NCBI GenBank assembly: GCA_016926265.1
Contig: JAFGOW010000038.1
Span: forward strand, 12,964-76,963
Origin: Deltaproteobacteria bacterium
GTDB taxonomy: Bacteria > Desulfobacterota > Desulfuromonadia > Desulfuromonadales > JAAYDE01
Reading direction: 5' to 3'
Length of the DNA stretch: 64,000 bases
Below the pieces are notes generated by a model, which saw only the letters and a program-made list of their open reading frames with translations, did no database searches and was not told the DNA's origin. The translations under genes and the position numbers were made by a program. This document shows, piece by piece, positions 30,185 through 41,704 of this stretch. Numbering within the stretch: position 1 is the first letter of the stretch; each line of letters opens with the position of its first letter.

Positions 30185-31513
30185 ATGACGCATAAAGGAG
30201 GCCCCATTCGAGGGAAGATGCTGGCCCTCTTGATTATCGCCCTGGTTGTCGGAGGAGGGATATTTTTGGTAGTCCGGGACAAGGAAGGACCTGTCCTGAC
30301 CTTGATTCCCGATTCTCCGTATGTTTCTCTGCGGCCATTGGTGCTGGAACTGAAGGATGAGCAATCGGGACTGCGTTCCCTTGAAATCAGCGCCATTCAG
30401 AAGGAAAAGGAGATTACTCTGCTGGCCCGGGATTACCCGGAGAGGCCCCGTCATGGCAGCGAAACATTCTCCCTGAAACAAGCCCCTCTTGCGGAAGGAC
30501 CATTTATCCTGCGGATTTTGGCTAAAGACGGTTCCTTCCTCGGCGGCAAAGGCACTTTACGGGAATATTCGCTGAATTTTGACCGCACTCCACCGGTTAT
30601 TTCGGTGTTGAGCCGGACTCACAATGTGCGCCAGGGGGGAAGTGCCGTGGTGGTTTTTTCCCTCTCGGAGCAAGCGGCGGTGGCCGGAGTCAGGGTAGGG
30701 GAGAGAAAATTTCCCGCCTTCAAACAGCCTTCGGGCAACTATTTTTGTTTCTTTGGCTTTCCCTTTGAAATTAAAAAAGATACTTTCCAACCCCTTGTTT
30801 TTGCGGAGGATTTAGCCGGAAACCAAGTCGAGGGAGGTTTTTATTTCAACATTAGGGTGGAAAAACAGCGCCAAGACCGTATCAATATCAGTGACCAGTT
30901 TCTGAATGCCAAGATGCCCCAGTTTAAAAACGATTTTCCTGACGCCAAAAACCCTTTGGAAGTATTTCTAAAAGTTAACCAGGTGTTAAGAGTAAAAAAC
31001 CGCCAGATGCTTTTTGATTATGGAGCGAAGTCGGTTTCGGAACCCCTCTGGCAGGGCGCTTTTCTGAGGCAACCCGGAGCGACCATGGCGACTTTCGGGG
31101 ACCTGAGATCCTATTATTATCAAGGCCGAAAGATCGACAGTCAAACTCACCTTGGAGTCGATATCGCCTCGGTAGCCCAATCTCCAATCAAAGCAGCCAA
31201 TTCAGGCCGAGTAATATTCGCGGGGTTCTTCGGAATCTACGGTTCGTGCGTAATAGTTGACCATGGTTTGGGATTGCAGACCCTATATGGTCATCTGACC
31301 CGCATCGACGTGTCCGAAGGGCAGGAGGTCAAAAAAAACGTTTTGCTGGGAACTTCGGGTGCGACGGGAATGGCAGGCGGAGACCACCTTCATTTCGGAA
31401 TCATTTTGTCAGGACTCCCTGTTGACCCCATCGAATGGTGGGATCCCAACTGGGTGAAAAACAATATCGAAGACAAGATTGGGGTCAACAACCCTCCCGA
31501 ACGGAAAAAATGA
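30185..31513 (+). CDS. M23-family metallopeptidase (LytM-type) with N-terminal membrane anchor
   Basis: 442 aa. HLGVDIAS ... GSCVIVDHGLGLQTLYGHL ... GDHLHFGI. Confidence 0.85.
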   Translation: MTHKGGPIRGKMLALLIIALVVGGGIFLVVRDKEGPVLTLIPDSPYVSLRPLVLELKDEQSGLRSLEISAIQKEKEITLLARDYPERPRHGSETFSLKQAPLAEGPFILRILAKDGSFLGGKGTLREYSLNFDRTPPVISVLSRTHNVRQGGSAVVVFSLSEQAAVAGVRVGERKFPAFKQPSGNYFCFFGFPFEIKKDTFQPLVFAEDLAGNQVEGGFYFNIRVEKQRQDRINISDQFLNAKMPQFKNDFPDAKNPLEVFLKVNQVLRVKNRQMLFDYGAKSVSEPLWQGAFLRQPGATMATFGDLRSYYYQGRKIDSQTHLGVDIASVAQSPIKAANSGRVIFAGFFGIYGSCVIVDHGLGLQTLYGHLTRIDVSEGQEVKKNVLLGTSGATGMAGGDHLHFGIILSGLPVDPIEWWDPNWVKNNIEDKIGVNNPPERKK

Positions 31514-31522
31514 CCCTCCCAA

Positions 31523-31558
31523 CAAAAAAACTCCCCGCTATGCTGGGGAGTTTTTTTG
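31523..31558. terminator. Bidirectional rho-independent terminator between convergent M23 peptidase and csp
   Basis: AAAAAAACTCCCCGCTATGCTGGGGAGTTTTTTT. Confidence 0.8.
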
Positions 31559-31589
31559 TTGGGAGGACAATGGAAGGTTTTGAGAAATT

Positions 31590-31790
31590 TCAGACTTTCT
31601 GGACGTTGGCTGCCGAGGGCCCTTTTTCTCCTTTTTCGACATCGAAGCTGACCCGTTGCCCTTCTTCGAGGGATTTGAAACCATCCCCTTTGATGGCCGA
31701 GAAGTGAACAAAGACATCGGGGCCGTTATCCTGTTGAATGAAACCGAAACCCTTCGCATTGTTGAACCATTTCACAGTGCCAGTAGCCAT
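31590..31790 (-). CDS. Cold-shock protein, CspA family
   Basis: [33 protein letters not shown] contains the RNP1 and RNP2 motifs. ATG at 31790 with an AAAGGAG SD 8 nt upstream; the track's GTG at 31799 is rejected. Confidence 0.9.
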   Translation of the reverse strand: MATGTVKWFNNAKGFGFIQQDNGPDVFVHFSAIKGDGFKSLEEGQRVSFDVEKGEKGPSAANVQKV

Positions 31791-32183
31791 TGACTTCACT
31801 CCTTTTTCGTGCGGTGGATCGATTTTTGAAATTGCAGCCGAAACTAGCTGCCGAAAAACTGTTAACTTTAAGAATTTTTATTTGTGATCCAAAAAACCAA
31901 ACCTTAAAACTTGGTCCGCAATGCCCTGTAGGGTTGGGTTTCCTCAAACTCGGCCACTTACATTTGGCACTCAGTTTAACATAAAAATTATTTTTTATTT
32001 TTATGCCGGGAAAAATTTTATTTTTTACCGGGAAAAATTCCAGGAATAGGGAATTTTCTTTTTGATTCAAATTTTTTCAGGGGAAAGCGCACGGACCCTT
32101 AGAAACGGGTTAAAAGAAGTCGAAATCCTGGGAATGTTTTTTGCTTTTGAAATTTCAAGAAGGAAGGCAAAAAAATTCAGGTA

Positions 32184-32759
32184 ATGCCTATGTGTACTTG
32201 CTCGGCAATGGATCGAAGAAGTTTTTTAACGGCAGGCCTTTTAGCCGGTTGCAGCCTCGCTTTTCCTTTGAAATCATGGGCAAGGAACGCTTTGGTGCCC
32301 GATTTCTTCGCGGAGAAGGTGCTCTCTCTTTACAATGTCAACACAGGAGAATCATTAGAGAAAATTCCATTCTGGGAAAACGGTGTGTATCTTCCACAGC
32401 AAATTGAAATAATTAACCATTTTTGCAGGGATTTCCGAAATGACAGCGTAAGGGAAATCGATATCCGGCTCCTCGATATGCTTTTCGATATCAGGCAAAT
32501 TTTAAACAGGCCGCAGGCCAACATCCACCTCATCTCTGCATACCGTTCACCTGAAACCAACGAATCCCTTCGGAAAAAGGGGCATGGAGTGGCAAAACAG
32601 AGTTTCCACCTGGTGGGGAAAGCTTTTGACATCCGGGTGGAGGGTGTCGAACTTGTCAATTTGCGCGACGCGGCCTGGCGATATCACCAAGGGGGCGTTG
32701 GTTATTACCCGCGCTCCAGGTTCGTCCATATCGACACCGGACCGGTTCGAAGCTGGTAA
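32184..32759 (+). CDS. DUF882 / peptidase M15A family protein (YcbK/MepK-like), Tat-type signal
   Basis: 191 aa. MDRRSFLTAGLLAG twin-arginine motif. SAYRSPETN, FHLVGKAFDI and RFVHIDTG are typical of YcbK-like M15 peptidases. The exact start is uncertain (32184 or 32208). Confidence 0.8.
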   Translation: MPMCTCSAMDRRSFLTAGLLAGCSLAFPLKSWARNALVPDFFAEKVLSLYNVNTGESLEKIPFWENGVYLPQQIEIINHFCRDFRNDSVREIDIRLLDMLFDIRQILNRPQANIHLISAYRSPETNESLRKKGHGVAKQSFHLVGKAFDIRVEGVELVNLRDAAWRYHQGGVGYYPRSRFVHIDTGPVRSW

Positions 32760-32797
32760 TAATTCAATTATTTTTTACCCCATAAAACGTCGTATAA

Positions 32798-32813
32798 TAT
32801 ATATTATGTAAAC
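32798..32813. repeat. Left copy of the 16-bp direct repeat TATATATTATGTAAAC
   Basis: Identical to 34419..34434. Lies 39 nt after the stop of the DUF882 gene. Confidence 0.85.
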
Positions 32814-33027
32814 AAAGAACGGTTTTGAACCTTACCGTTTCCGGGCTGTTTTCCGGCTCAATAGCAGGCTTCCACCCTGCAAGCATGGCGGAGTTTGTAA
32901 CACGCCATGCGCAAAACCCACCTGTGGGAACTTTCCATTCCTCCCGTTTTTCGACCAAGGCGATTTTTAATCTTTTCGGGTCTCCAAAATGGGGCGTTTC
33001 CAGATCGCCTTTTCCTTCTGGAGCTGG

Positions 33028-33228
33028 TTACATCCTGCGGGCCAAAGTGCGGTCAGTAATACCGCACTTATGGGTAAATTTTGCACATTCCTTTTTCTTC
33101 CTTTCGCGGGTCAACTGCCCGACTTCCTTCGAGAAAACCGAAATTCGCAGGCACTTTTCCGGGGTTTCCGGGAGATCCTGCTTTTCGAGGGTCCGAAACG
33201 GGTTCGTTTGTCCGCCGATTTCCGACAT
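33028..33228 (-). CDS. Small XRE-like helix-turn-helix protein (possibly decayed)
   Basis: 66 aa. ...FSKEVGQLTRERKKKECAKFTHKCGITDRTLARRM fits the XRE HTH pattern. Third-position GC is higher than in the antisense + frame. No clear SD, and the frame continues open after a TAA. Confidence 0.35.
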   Translation of the reverse strand: MSEIGGQTNPFRTLEKQDLPETPEKCLRISVFSKEVGQLTRERKKKECAKFTHKCGITDRTLARRM

Positions 33229-33243
33229 GGTAAGGGGGTCTTA

Positions 33244-33555
33244 ATGAAATATTGGAAGAGCCGTCCACAAGTCAACAGCGTCCACAAGGAAGCGAGCGTA
33301 GCGAGTAGGACCGAGCGCGGCCACCTGGCGCGCTCTGCGAGGTCCGTTTCCCTGTGGGCCGCTGTTGGCCCTGTGGGCGGGTCGCTCCTGGATCGCCTGG
33401 GTTCCTGGGTCCCTCGCCTGGAACGTCTCCCCTTCGGGTTTGAAATCCTGGCCGGTGGTTATGCTCTCCAGGTGCGTTGTTTCTCTCATCGTCAACGGCT
33501 GGCCCGGGTGGTCGATCACGTTCTCGACTGCTGGGCCGCGGGGGTGAAGTCATGA
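33244..33555 (+). CDS. Hypothetical protein orfA (103 aa), first gene of the orfA-RHH-orfC cassette
   Basis: AAGGGGG SD 6 nt upstream of the ATG. The stop overlaps the RHH start (ATGA). The sequence is Arg/Ser/Leu/Trp-rich and full of short DNA repeats, so coding status is uncertain. Confidence 0.35.
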   Translation: MKYWKSRPQVNSVHKEASVASRTERGHLARSARSVSLWAAVGPVGGSLLDRLGSWVPRLERLPFGFEILAGGYALQVRCFSHRQRLARVVDHVLDCWAAGVKS

Positions 33556-33749
33556 GGCGCGGGGTTCCTGATGATCGGCTCAAGGATCGGAAAGTAACCT
33601 TCCGATTGGACCATCAACGCATGGAAGAGCTGGAACAGATCGCCGACAAGGAAGGTGCTTCCGTTTCCTTCGTCGTTCGTCATCTGGTGATGAGATTTCT
33701 TGAACGAAACCGGGAAGCTTCCTTCTTTCCCAGTCCTGAGGAATTCTGA
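33552..33749 (+). CDS. Ribbon-helix-helix (CopG/Arc/MetJ-type) DNA-binding protein
   Basis: 65 aa. KVTFRLDHQRMEELEQIADKEGASVSFVVRHLVMRFLE is the beta-strand, helix, helix signature. Confidence 0.7.
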   Translation: MRRGVPDDRLKDRKVTFRLDHQRMEELEQIADKEGASVSFVVRHLVMRFLERNREASFFPSPEEF

Positions 33750-33751
33750 CG

Positions 33752-34297
33752 ATGGATCGTTGTGAACTTCAAAAACTGATCGAAGGGGGCGGCGGCGGCG
33801 CTGTGGAGCGGCCGGCCGCTCGCCCCCTGCCCTTCGACATCGAACGGATTCTTTGCGACATCAACAGCGGTTTCAATCCGCTTCACGATAATCCGTTGAT
33901 CCGGTTCCGGGTGATGGGGGCCAAAGGGGACTTTGTTTTCCTGACCTTGGCGGTTCCCAAGGGGATGCTGCGGGTTTTCACTTCCTTGCTGGATAACCTG
34001 GGGGCCTTCTTCCGGTTCATGGACAACAAAACGCGGGGAGTTCTGATTCAGGAAAAACTGGCTGACTTGGCCGAGATCGAAAAGGCCCGGAAGGTTCAAA
34101 CCGACTTTTCCGAAAAGGTTTGCTCCTTCTATGACGGTTTTATTGCTCACGGATTCCCCCGAAAAGAGGCCGTTAAACGAACAAATTGGGCGCTCAAGGA
34201 CGAAAAACACCCCTGGGCAAACCGTGATTCCGTCCTGGATGTTCTCCGGGCCGCTGGAAGGTTCAAAAAGGGGTCGGGAGTGTACGTCAAAAAATGA
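33752..34297 (+). CDS. Hypothetical protein orfC (181 aa), family not recognised
   Basis: Host-like codon usage. The ATG lies 2 nt after the RHH stop. There is a Gly5 tract near the N-terminus and no catalytic motif recognised. The antisense 229-aa ORF is rejected. Confidence 0.6.
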   Translation: MDRCELQKLIEGGGGGAVERPAARPLPFDIERILCDINSGFNPLHDNPLIRFRVMGAKGDFVFLTLAVPKGMLRVFTSLLDNLGAFFRFMDNKTRGVLIQEKLADLAEIEKARKVQTDFSEKVCSFYDGFIAHGFPRKEAVKRTNWALKDEKHPWANRDSVLDVLRAAGRFKKGSGVYVKK

Positions 34298-34418
34298 CGT
34301 ACAGGCTGCGGCTTTTGACAAACGTCGGACTTTTTCCCAGAATGTCGGACAAACGGGACCGGCCTTCAATGGGATTGGGGAGGAACTACCTTATATCATT
34401 ATGAAATCACTAGAATTT

Positions 34419-34434
34419 TATATATTATGTAAAC
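34419..34434. repeat. Right copy of the 16-bp direct repeat TATATATTATGTAAAC
   Basis: Identical to 32798..32813 and ends 24 nt before the recG stop codon. A degenerate extra copy, TATATCATTATGAAA, sits at about 34392-34406. Confidence 0.85.
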
Positions 34435-34458
34435 CAAAAGAAAGAAAAGTACTTTCGG

Positions 34459-36618
34459 TTACGCGATGCTGGCCAGCCCCAAACGTCCTCCCCACCGATT
34501 CCGGAGGGTTATCCGGGTTTTTTCCAAATCAGGGTTGGTAAAAAAATCGGGACGGTCCGCCAGGCGAAAAGCTTCCAATCGGGCCGTTTCGAGAAGATCC
34601 TGATGGCGGACCAGGTTGGCGACCCGAAAGTCCACCAGACCGTGCTGGCGGGTCCCCAACAGTTCTCCTGGCCCTCGAATCTGCAAATCGGCTTCGGCAA
34701 TACGGAATCCGTCCGAGGTTCGCTCCATGACCCCGAGGCGTTTTTCCCCATTGGGGCCGGCAGATTCCTTTGCCATCAGGATACAAATACCTTGGTGTGG
34801 CCCCCGGCCTACCCGCCCCCTCAGCTGATGAAGCTGGGAGAGGCCGAACCGTTCCGCGTTCTCAACCACCATGACGGTGGCGTTGGGAATGTCGATTCCC
34901 ACCTCGACGACAGTGGTTGCCACCAGGATATCCGTTTCCCCGGTTCTGAACTTCCCCATGACCGCTTCCTTGTCCTTTGGTTTTATCCGGCCATGGAACA
35001 AATCCACCTTGAATTGGGGAAAGATTTCATTTTTTAATAAAATAAAATTTTTTTCCGCCGTCTGAAGATCGGTTTTTTCAGACTCTTCTATCAGCGGGAA
35101 CACCACGAACGCCTGCCTGCCTTTCGAAACCTCCGCGGCGATCCATTGAAAAACGATTCCTCGCTGTTTCTCCGTTACAATTTTTGTTGTTACCGGAGCT
35201 CTACCCGGCGGCATTTCATCCAGGACCGAAAGGGTCAGGTCCCCATAGGCCGTCAAGGAAAGGGTTCGAGGAATGGGGGTTGCCGTCATGACCAAAGTAT
35301 CGGGTGATATCCCTTTTTCCCGGAGGGTTCTTTTTTGGATAACCCCAAAACGGTGCTGTTCGTCGATGATTACCAAACCGAGGGAATGGAAAACCACCTG
35401 GTTTTCCAGAATGGCATGGGTTCCGACCAAGAGATTAATCCTCCCGGCTGAAAGCTCAGCCAAAACCTGTTCCCGCTCCTTTCTCCCCAGGGAAGAGGTC
35501 AAGAATGACGTCTTTAGGCCCAAGGCCTCGAGATGGGGATGAAACTGGAGGAAATGTTGTCCCGCCAACACCTCCGTTGGAGCCAGAACCGCCACCTGCG
35601 TCCCGTTTTCAATGGCGATCAGGGCGGCCATGAGAGCCACAATGGTTTTTCCGCTTCCGACATCCCCTTGCAACAGGCGGTTCATGGGCCTTGGCGCCAT
35701 CATGTCCTCTTTTATTTCACCCAATACCCGCCGCTGGGCCGCAGTCAGACGGTACGGGAGCCGGGCGGCCAAGGGTTTTGTATAGCGGTGAGTCACCTTG
35801 AAGGCGTGCCCCGGCTGTCCTTCCAGCCCGCGTTTTTTTAAGGCCAACCCCAATTCCAGGAAAAAAAATTCATCGAAGACGAGGCTTTTTCTGGCCAGAT
35901 CGGTGCCATTTTCCAACTCGTGAAAAGGGGTCGTTCCCTCGGGAAGATGGGATTTTCGAAAGGCCTCGGAAAGGGGGAGGAAAAAGTGTCGGTGGAGGAT
36001 TTCTTCGGGGACGGCGTCGCCGGCCTTGTCGGCATACCTTTCAACCAGACGCCGCCAGATGGTGCGAACCGTTTTCTGGGTGAGACCCTCGGTCAGGGGG
36101 TAACAGGGGAGCAACCCCCTCCCCTCCCCTGCTGCGGATGTCAAGGCTGAAGGAATGTCATTCAAACCATTTTCGGATATAAGGAATTCTACTTCAGGGT
36201 GATCCATTTGAAGGCCGCCGCCGAAGACCTTCAATTCCCCGAACAGCAAAAGTTGTCGCCCGACAGTGAATTCCTGTTCCATCCAGAGGCGCCTGTAATG
36301 AAACCAGTTCAGGGTCAATTGGCCGGTAGGGTCCGCTGCCTGCACATGGTAGATTTTCTTGCGGGAGCGGGGTTGAAACACCTCTCCCCGTGCCAGTATG
36401 GTGGCCTGGATCAGGGCGCGTTCGCCGGGACGGATGGTCCCCAGGGGGCGAATGAAGCGGCGGTCTTCATAGCGCAACGGAAGAGTATAAAGGGCGTCTT
36501 CGACGGTACGAATCCCTAAACGGGTAAGCTTCTGGAGGGTTTGAGGGCCGACACCGGGGATGGATTCAATAGGGATCGAAGAAAGGGGGACTTCAGGCCT
36601 GGGAAGGGTTTCGGGCAT
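34459..36618 (-). CDS. recG: ATP-dependent DNA helicase RecG
   Basis: 719 aa with an N-terminal wedge domain. Motifs LLQGDVGSGKT and IIDEQHRFGV. Confidence 0.95.
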   Translation of the reverse strand: MPETLPRPEVPLSSIPIESIPGVGPQTLQKLTRLGIRTVEDALYTLPLRYEDRRFIRPLGTIRPGERALIQATILARGEVFQPRSRKKIYHVQAADPTGQLTLNWFHYRRLWMEQEFTVGRQLLLFGELKVFGGGLQMDHPEVEFLISENGLNDIPSALTSAAGEGRGLLPCYPLTEGLTQKTVRTIWRRLVERYADKAGDAVPEEILHRHFFLPLSEAFRKSHLPEGTTPFHELENGTDLARKSLVFDEFFFLELGLALKKRGLEGQPGHAFKVTHRYTKPLAARLPYRLTAAQRRVLGEIKEDMMAPRPMNRLLQGDVGSGKTIVALMAALIAIENGTQVAVLAPTEVLAGQHFLQFHPHLEALGLKTSFLTSSLGRKEREQVLAELSAGRINLLVGTHAILENQVVFHSLGLVIIDEQHRFGVIQKRTLREKGISPDTLVMTATPIPRTLSLTAYGDLTLSVLDEMPPGRAPVTTKIVTEKQRGIVFQWIAAEVSKGRQAFVVFPLIEESEKTDLQTAEKNFILLKNEIFPQFKVDLFHGRIKPKDKEAVMGKFRTGETDILVATTVVEVGIDIPNATVMVVENAERFGLSQLHQLRGRVGRGPHQGICILMAKESAGPNGEKRLGVMERTSDGFRIAEADLQIRGPGELLGTRQHGLVDFRVANLVRHQDLLETARLEAFRLADRPDFFTNPDLEKTRITLRNRWGGRLGLASIA

Positions 36619-36692
36619 GACCGCCTTTCCCTTTGCTTGAAAAGGGTCCGGAGGCGCCCTTCGGGGACGCCCCCGTCGCCGGAAAGCATCAA

Positions 36693-37172
36693 TTATTCGT
36701 AGCGGACATCGACAATCTCATAAACGCGGGTTCCGGATGGGACTTCAATCTGGACCTCATCATCGAGCAAATGCCCGATCAGGGCTCTTCCCACCGGGGA
36801 GGTTACGGAAATCTTTCCTTCTTTCAGATCGGCTTCGTCCTCTCCGACCAGCTGATAGGTGACCTGGTTTTCGGCCTGAAGGTCGTAAAGGGTGACCTTG
36901 GCTCCGAAAACCACCTTCTCCGAGTTTTTGTAATCCGCGGGGTTGATAACCTGGGCTCGGGATATTTTGGCGCTGAGTTCCTTGATCCGCCCTTCCACGA
37001 AACTCTGGTGGTCTTTGGCGGCCTCGTATTCGGCATTTTCGGTCAGATCCCCGTGGCCGCGGGCCTCCGCGATAGCCTGCACGGCATTGGGGCGTTCCAC
37101 CCGGATGAACCGTTTGAGTTCCTCCTGGAGACGCTGATATCCTTCCATGGTCATGGGGATGTTATCATCCAT
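36693..37172 (-). CDS. greA: Transcription elongation factor GreA
   Basis: 159 aa. MTMEGYQRLQEELKRFI...AEARGHGDLTENAEYEAAK. Confidence 0.95.
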   Translation of the reverse strand: MDDNIPMTMEGYQRLQEELKRFIRVERPNAVQAIAEARGHGDLTENAEYEAAKDHQSFVEGRIKELSAKISRAQVINPADYKNSEKVVFGAKVTLYDLQAENQVTYQLVGEDEADLKEGKISVTSPVGRALIGHLLDDEVQIEVPSGTRVYEIVDVRYE

Positions 37173-37262
37173 TTTTTACCTCTCCTGAAAATGGATGGGG
37201 CGGGTTTCCCCGCCCGGCTGATTAAAAGATAAAAAAAACATCCTGCCGCAACCTTTAAGGAT

Positions 37263-40523
<3,261 letters not shown>

Positions 40524-40570
40524 GGCGGTTTCCAAGGGGGCTTTTAAAAAGCGCGAAATCCCGGCGTTTT

Positions 40571-41695
40571 TCAACGCCGCTGGTCTTTTTCCATCATCTC
40601 GATGAAACGGGAGAAAAGATAACGGGCATCGTGAGGGCCCGGCGAGGCCTCGGGGTGGTACTGCACGGAAAAAACCGGCAAGGTCTTGTGGGTCAGACCC
40701 TCCAGGGTGTTGTCGTTGAGGTTGACATGGGTGAGCACCGCCGCGTCGCAAACCGAATCGCCACGCACCGCAAAGCCATGGTTCTGGGAGGTGATCTCGA
40801 CGCAGGCCCCCTCCCCTCGCCGCACCGGCTGATTGCCGCCGCGGTGGCCGAATTTGAGTTTGAAGGTTTTTCCGCCAAGGGCCAGCCCGATCAGCTGGTG
40901 GCCGAGGCAGATCCCGAAGATCGGCTTTTTCCCGAGCAGTTGGCGGATGTTTTCCTGGGCGTAGATGATCGGCTCCGGATCACCGGGGCCGTTGCTGAGA
41001 AAAACCCCGTCCGGATTCATGGCCAGTACCTCTTCGGCGCTGGTAGCGGCCGGCACCACGATCACCTCGCAACCGAGGGAAACCAGATGGCGCAAGATGT
41101 TGCGTTTGATGCCGAAGTCGTAGGCCACAACCCGGAACCGGAATCGGCCGGAGGGGTTTTCATAACCGGTTTCGGGGTGCCACAGCCCTTCCGTCCACCG
41201 ATAGGGCTCCCGGCAGGTGACCTCCCTGACCAGGTCGCGGCCGACCAGAGGGGGGGCCTGCCGGGCTTTCTCCACGACCCGCGCGGGATCGGAATCGACC
41301 GTGGAAATATATCCGGTCTGAGCGCCGCGGCTCCGGATGTGACGCACCAGCGCCCGCGTGTCCAGATCGCAAATGCCCACCACGCCATGTCTTTTCAAAT
41401 AGGCGTCGAGGTTTTCCCGGCACCGCCAGTTGGATGGATGGATGCTGTATTCCTTGACGACGAAACCGGACAGATGGGGACGCTCCGACTCCACGTCTTC
41501 CGGATTGGCGCCGGTGTTGCCGATCAGGGGGTAGGTCATGGCGACGATCTCCCCCCGGTAGGAAGGATCGGTGAGGATTTCCTGATAGCCGGTCATGCTG
41601 GTGTTGAAAACCACTTCGCCGTGGGCTTCCCCTTGGGCGCCGAAGGATTTTCCGATGAAATGGCGGCCGTCTTGGAGGGCTAGGATCGCTTTCAT
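40571..41695 (-). CDS. carA: Carbamoyl-phosphate synthase small (glutaminase) subunit
   Basis: 374 aa. Catalytic Cys context [10 protein letters not shown]; C-terminal [15 protein letters not shown]. Confidence 0.95.
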   Translation of the reverse strand: MKAILALQDGRHFIGKSFGAQGEAHGEVVFNTSMTGYQEILTDPSYRGEIVAMTYPLIGNTGANPEDVESERPHLSGFVVKEYSIHPSNWRCRENLDAYLKRHGVVGICDLDTRALVRHIRSRGAQTGYISTVDSDPARVVEKARQAPPLVGRDLVREVTCREPYRWTEGLWHPETGYENPSGRFRFRVVAYDFGIKRNILRHLVSLGCEVIVVPAATSAEEVLAMNPDGVFLSNGPGDPEPIIYAQENIRQLLGKKPIFGICLGHQLIGLALGGKTFKLKFGHRGGNQPVRRGEGACVEITSQNHGFAVRGDSVCDAAVLTHVNLNDNTLEGLTHKTLPVFSVQYHPEASPGPHDARYLFSRFIEMMEKDQRR

Positions 41696-41704
41696 GGGAT
41701 GTTT

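Larger units (their letters stand above)
32798..34434. mobile_element. Candidate inserted segment bounded by 16-bp direct repeats; no recombinase recognised
   Basis: Perfect direct repeats sit at both ends. The segment lies exactly between the 3' ends of two convergent core genes and looks AT-richer by eye. Its content consists of XRE-like, RHH and unknown ORFs. This is a hypothesis only. Confidence 0.3.

Noticed and set aside
31990-32045. CCGGGAAAAATT / ATTTTTTA repeats considered as a mini repeat array
   Set aside because: There are only two copies, they lie in an AT-rich promoter region, and there is no spacer-repeat regularity.
33680-34369. 229-aa minus-strand ORF inside the insert
   Set aside because: It is antisense to orfC, which has better codon usage, an operon context with the RHH gene, and a start 2 nt after the RHH stop.
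36619-36692. GC-rich hairpins in the greA-recG and carB-greA gaps (about 36640-36665 and about 37196-37216), considered as terminators or attenuators
   Set aside because: The stems are imperfect or lack a following U-run, so I cannot distinguish them from chance GC-rich palindromes.
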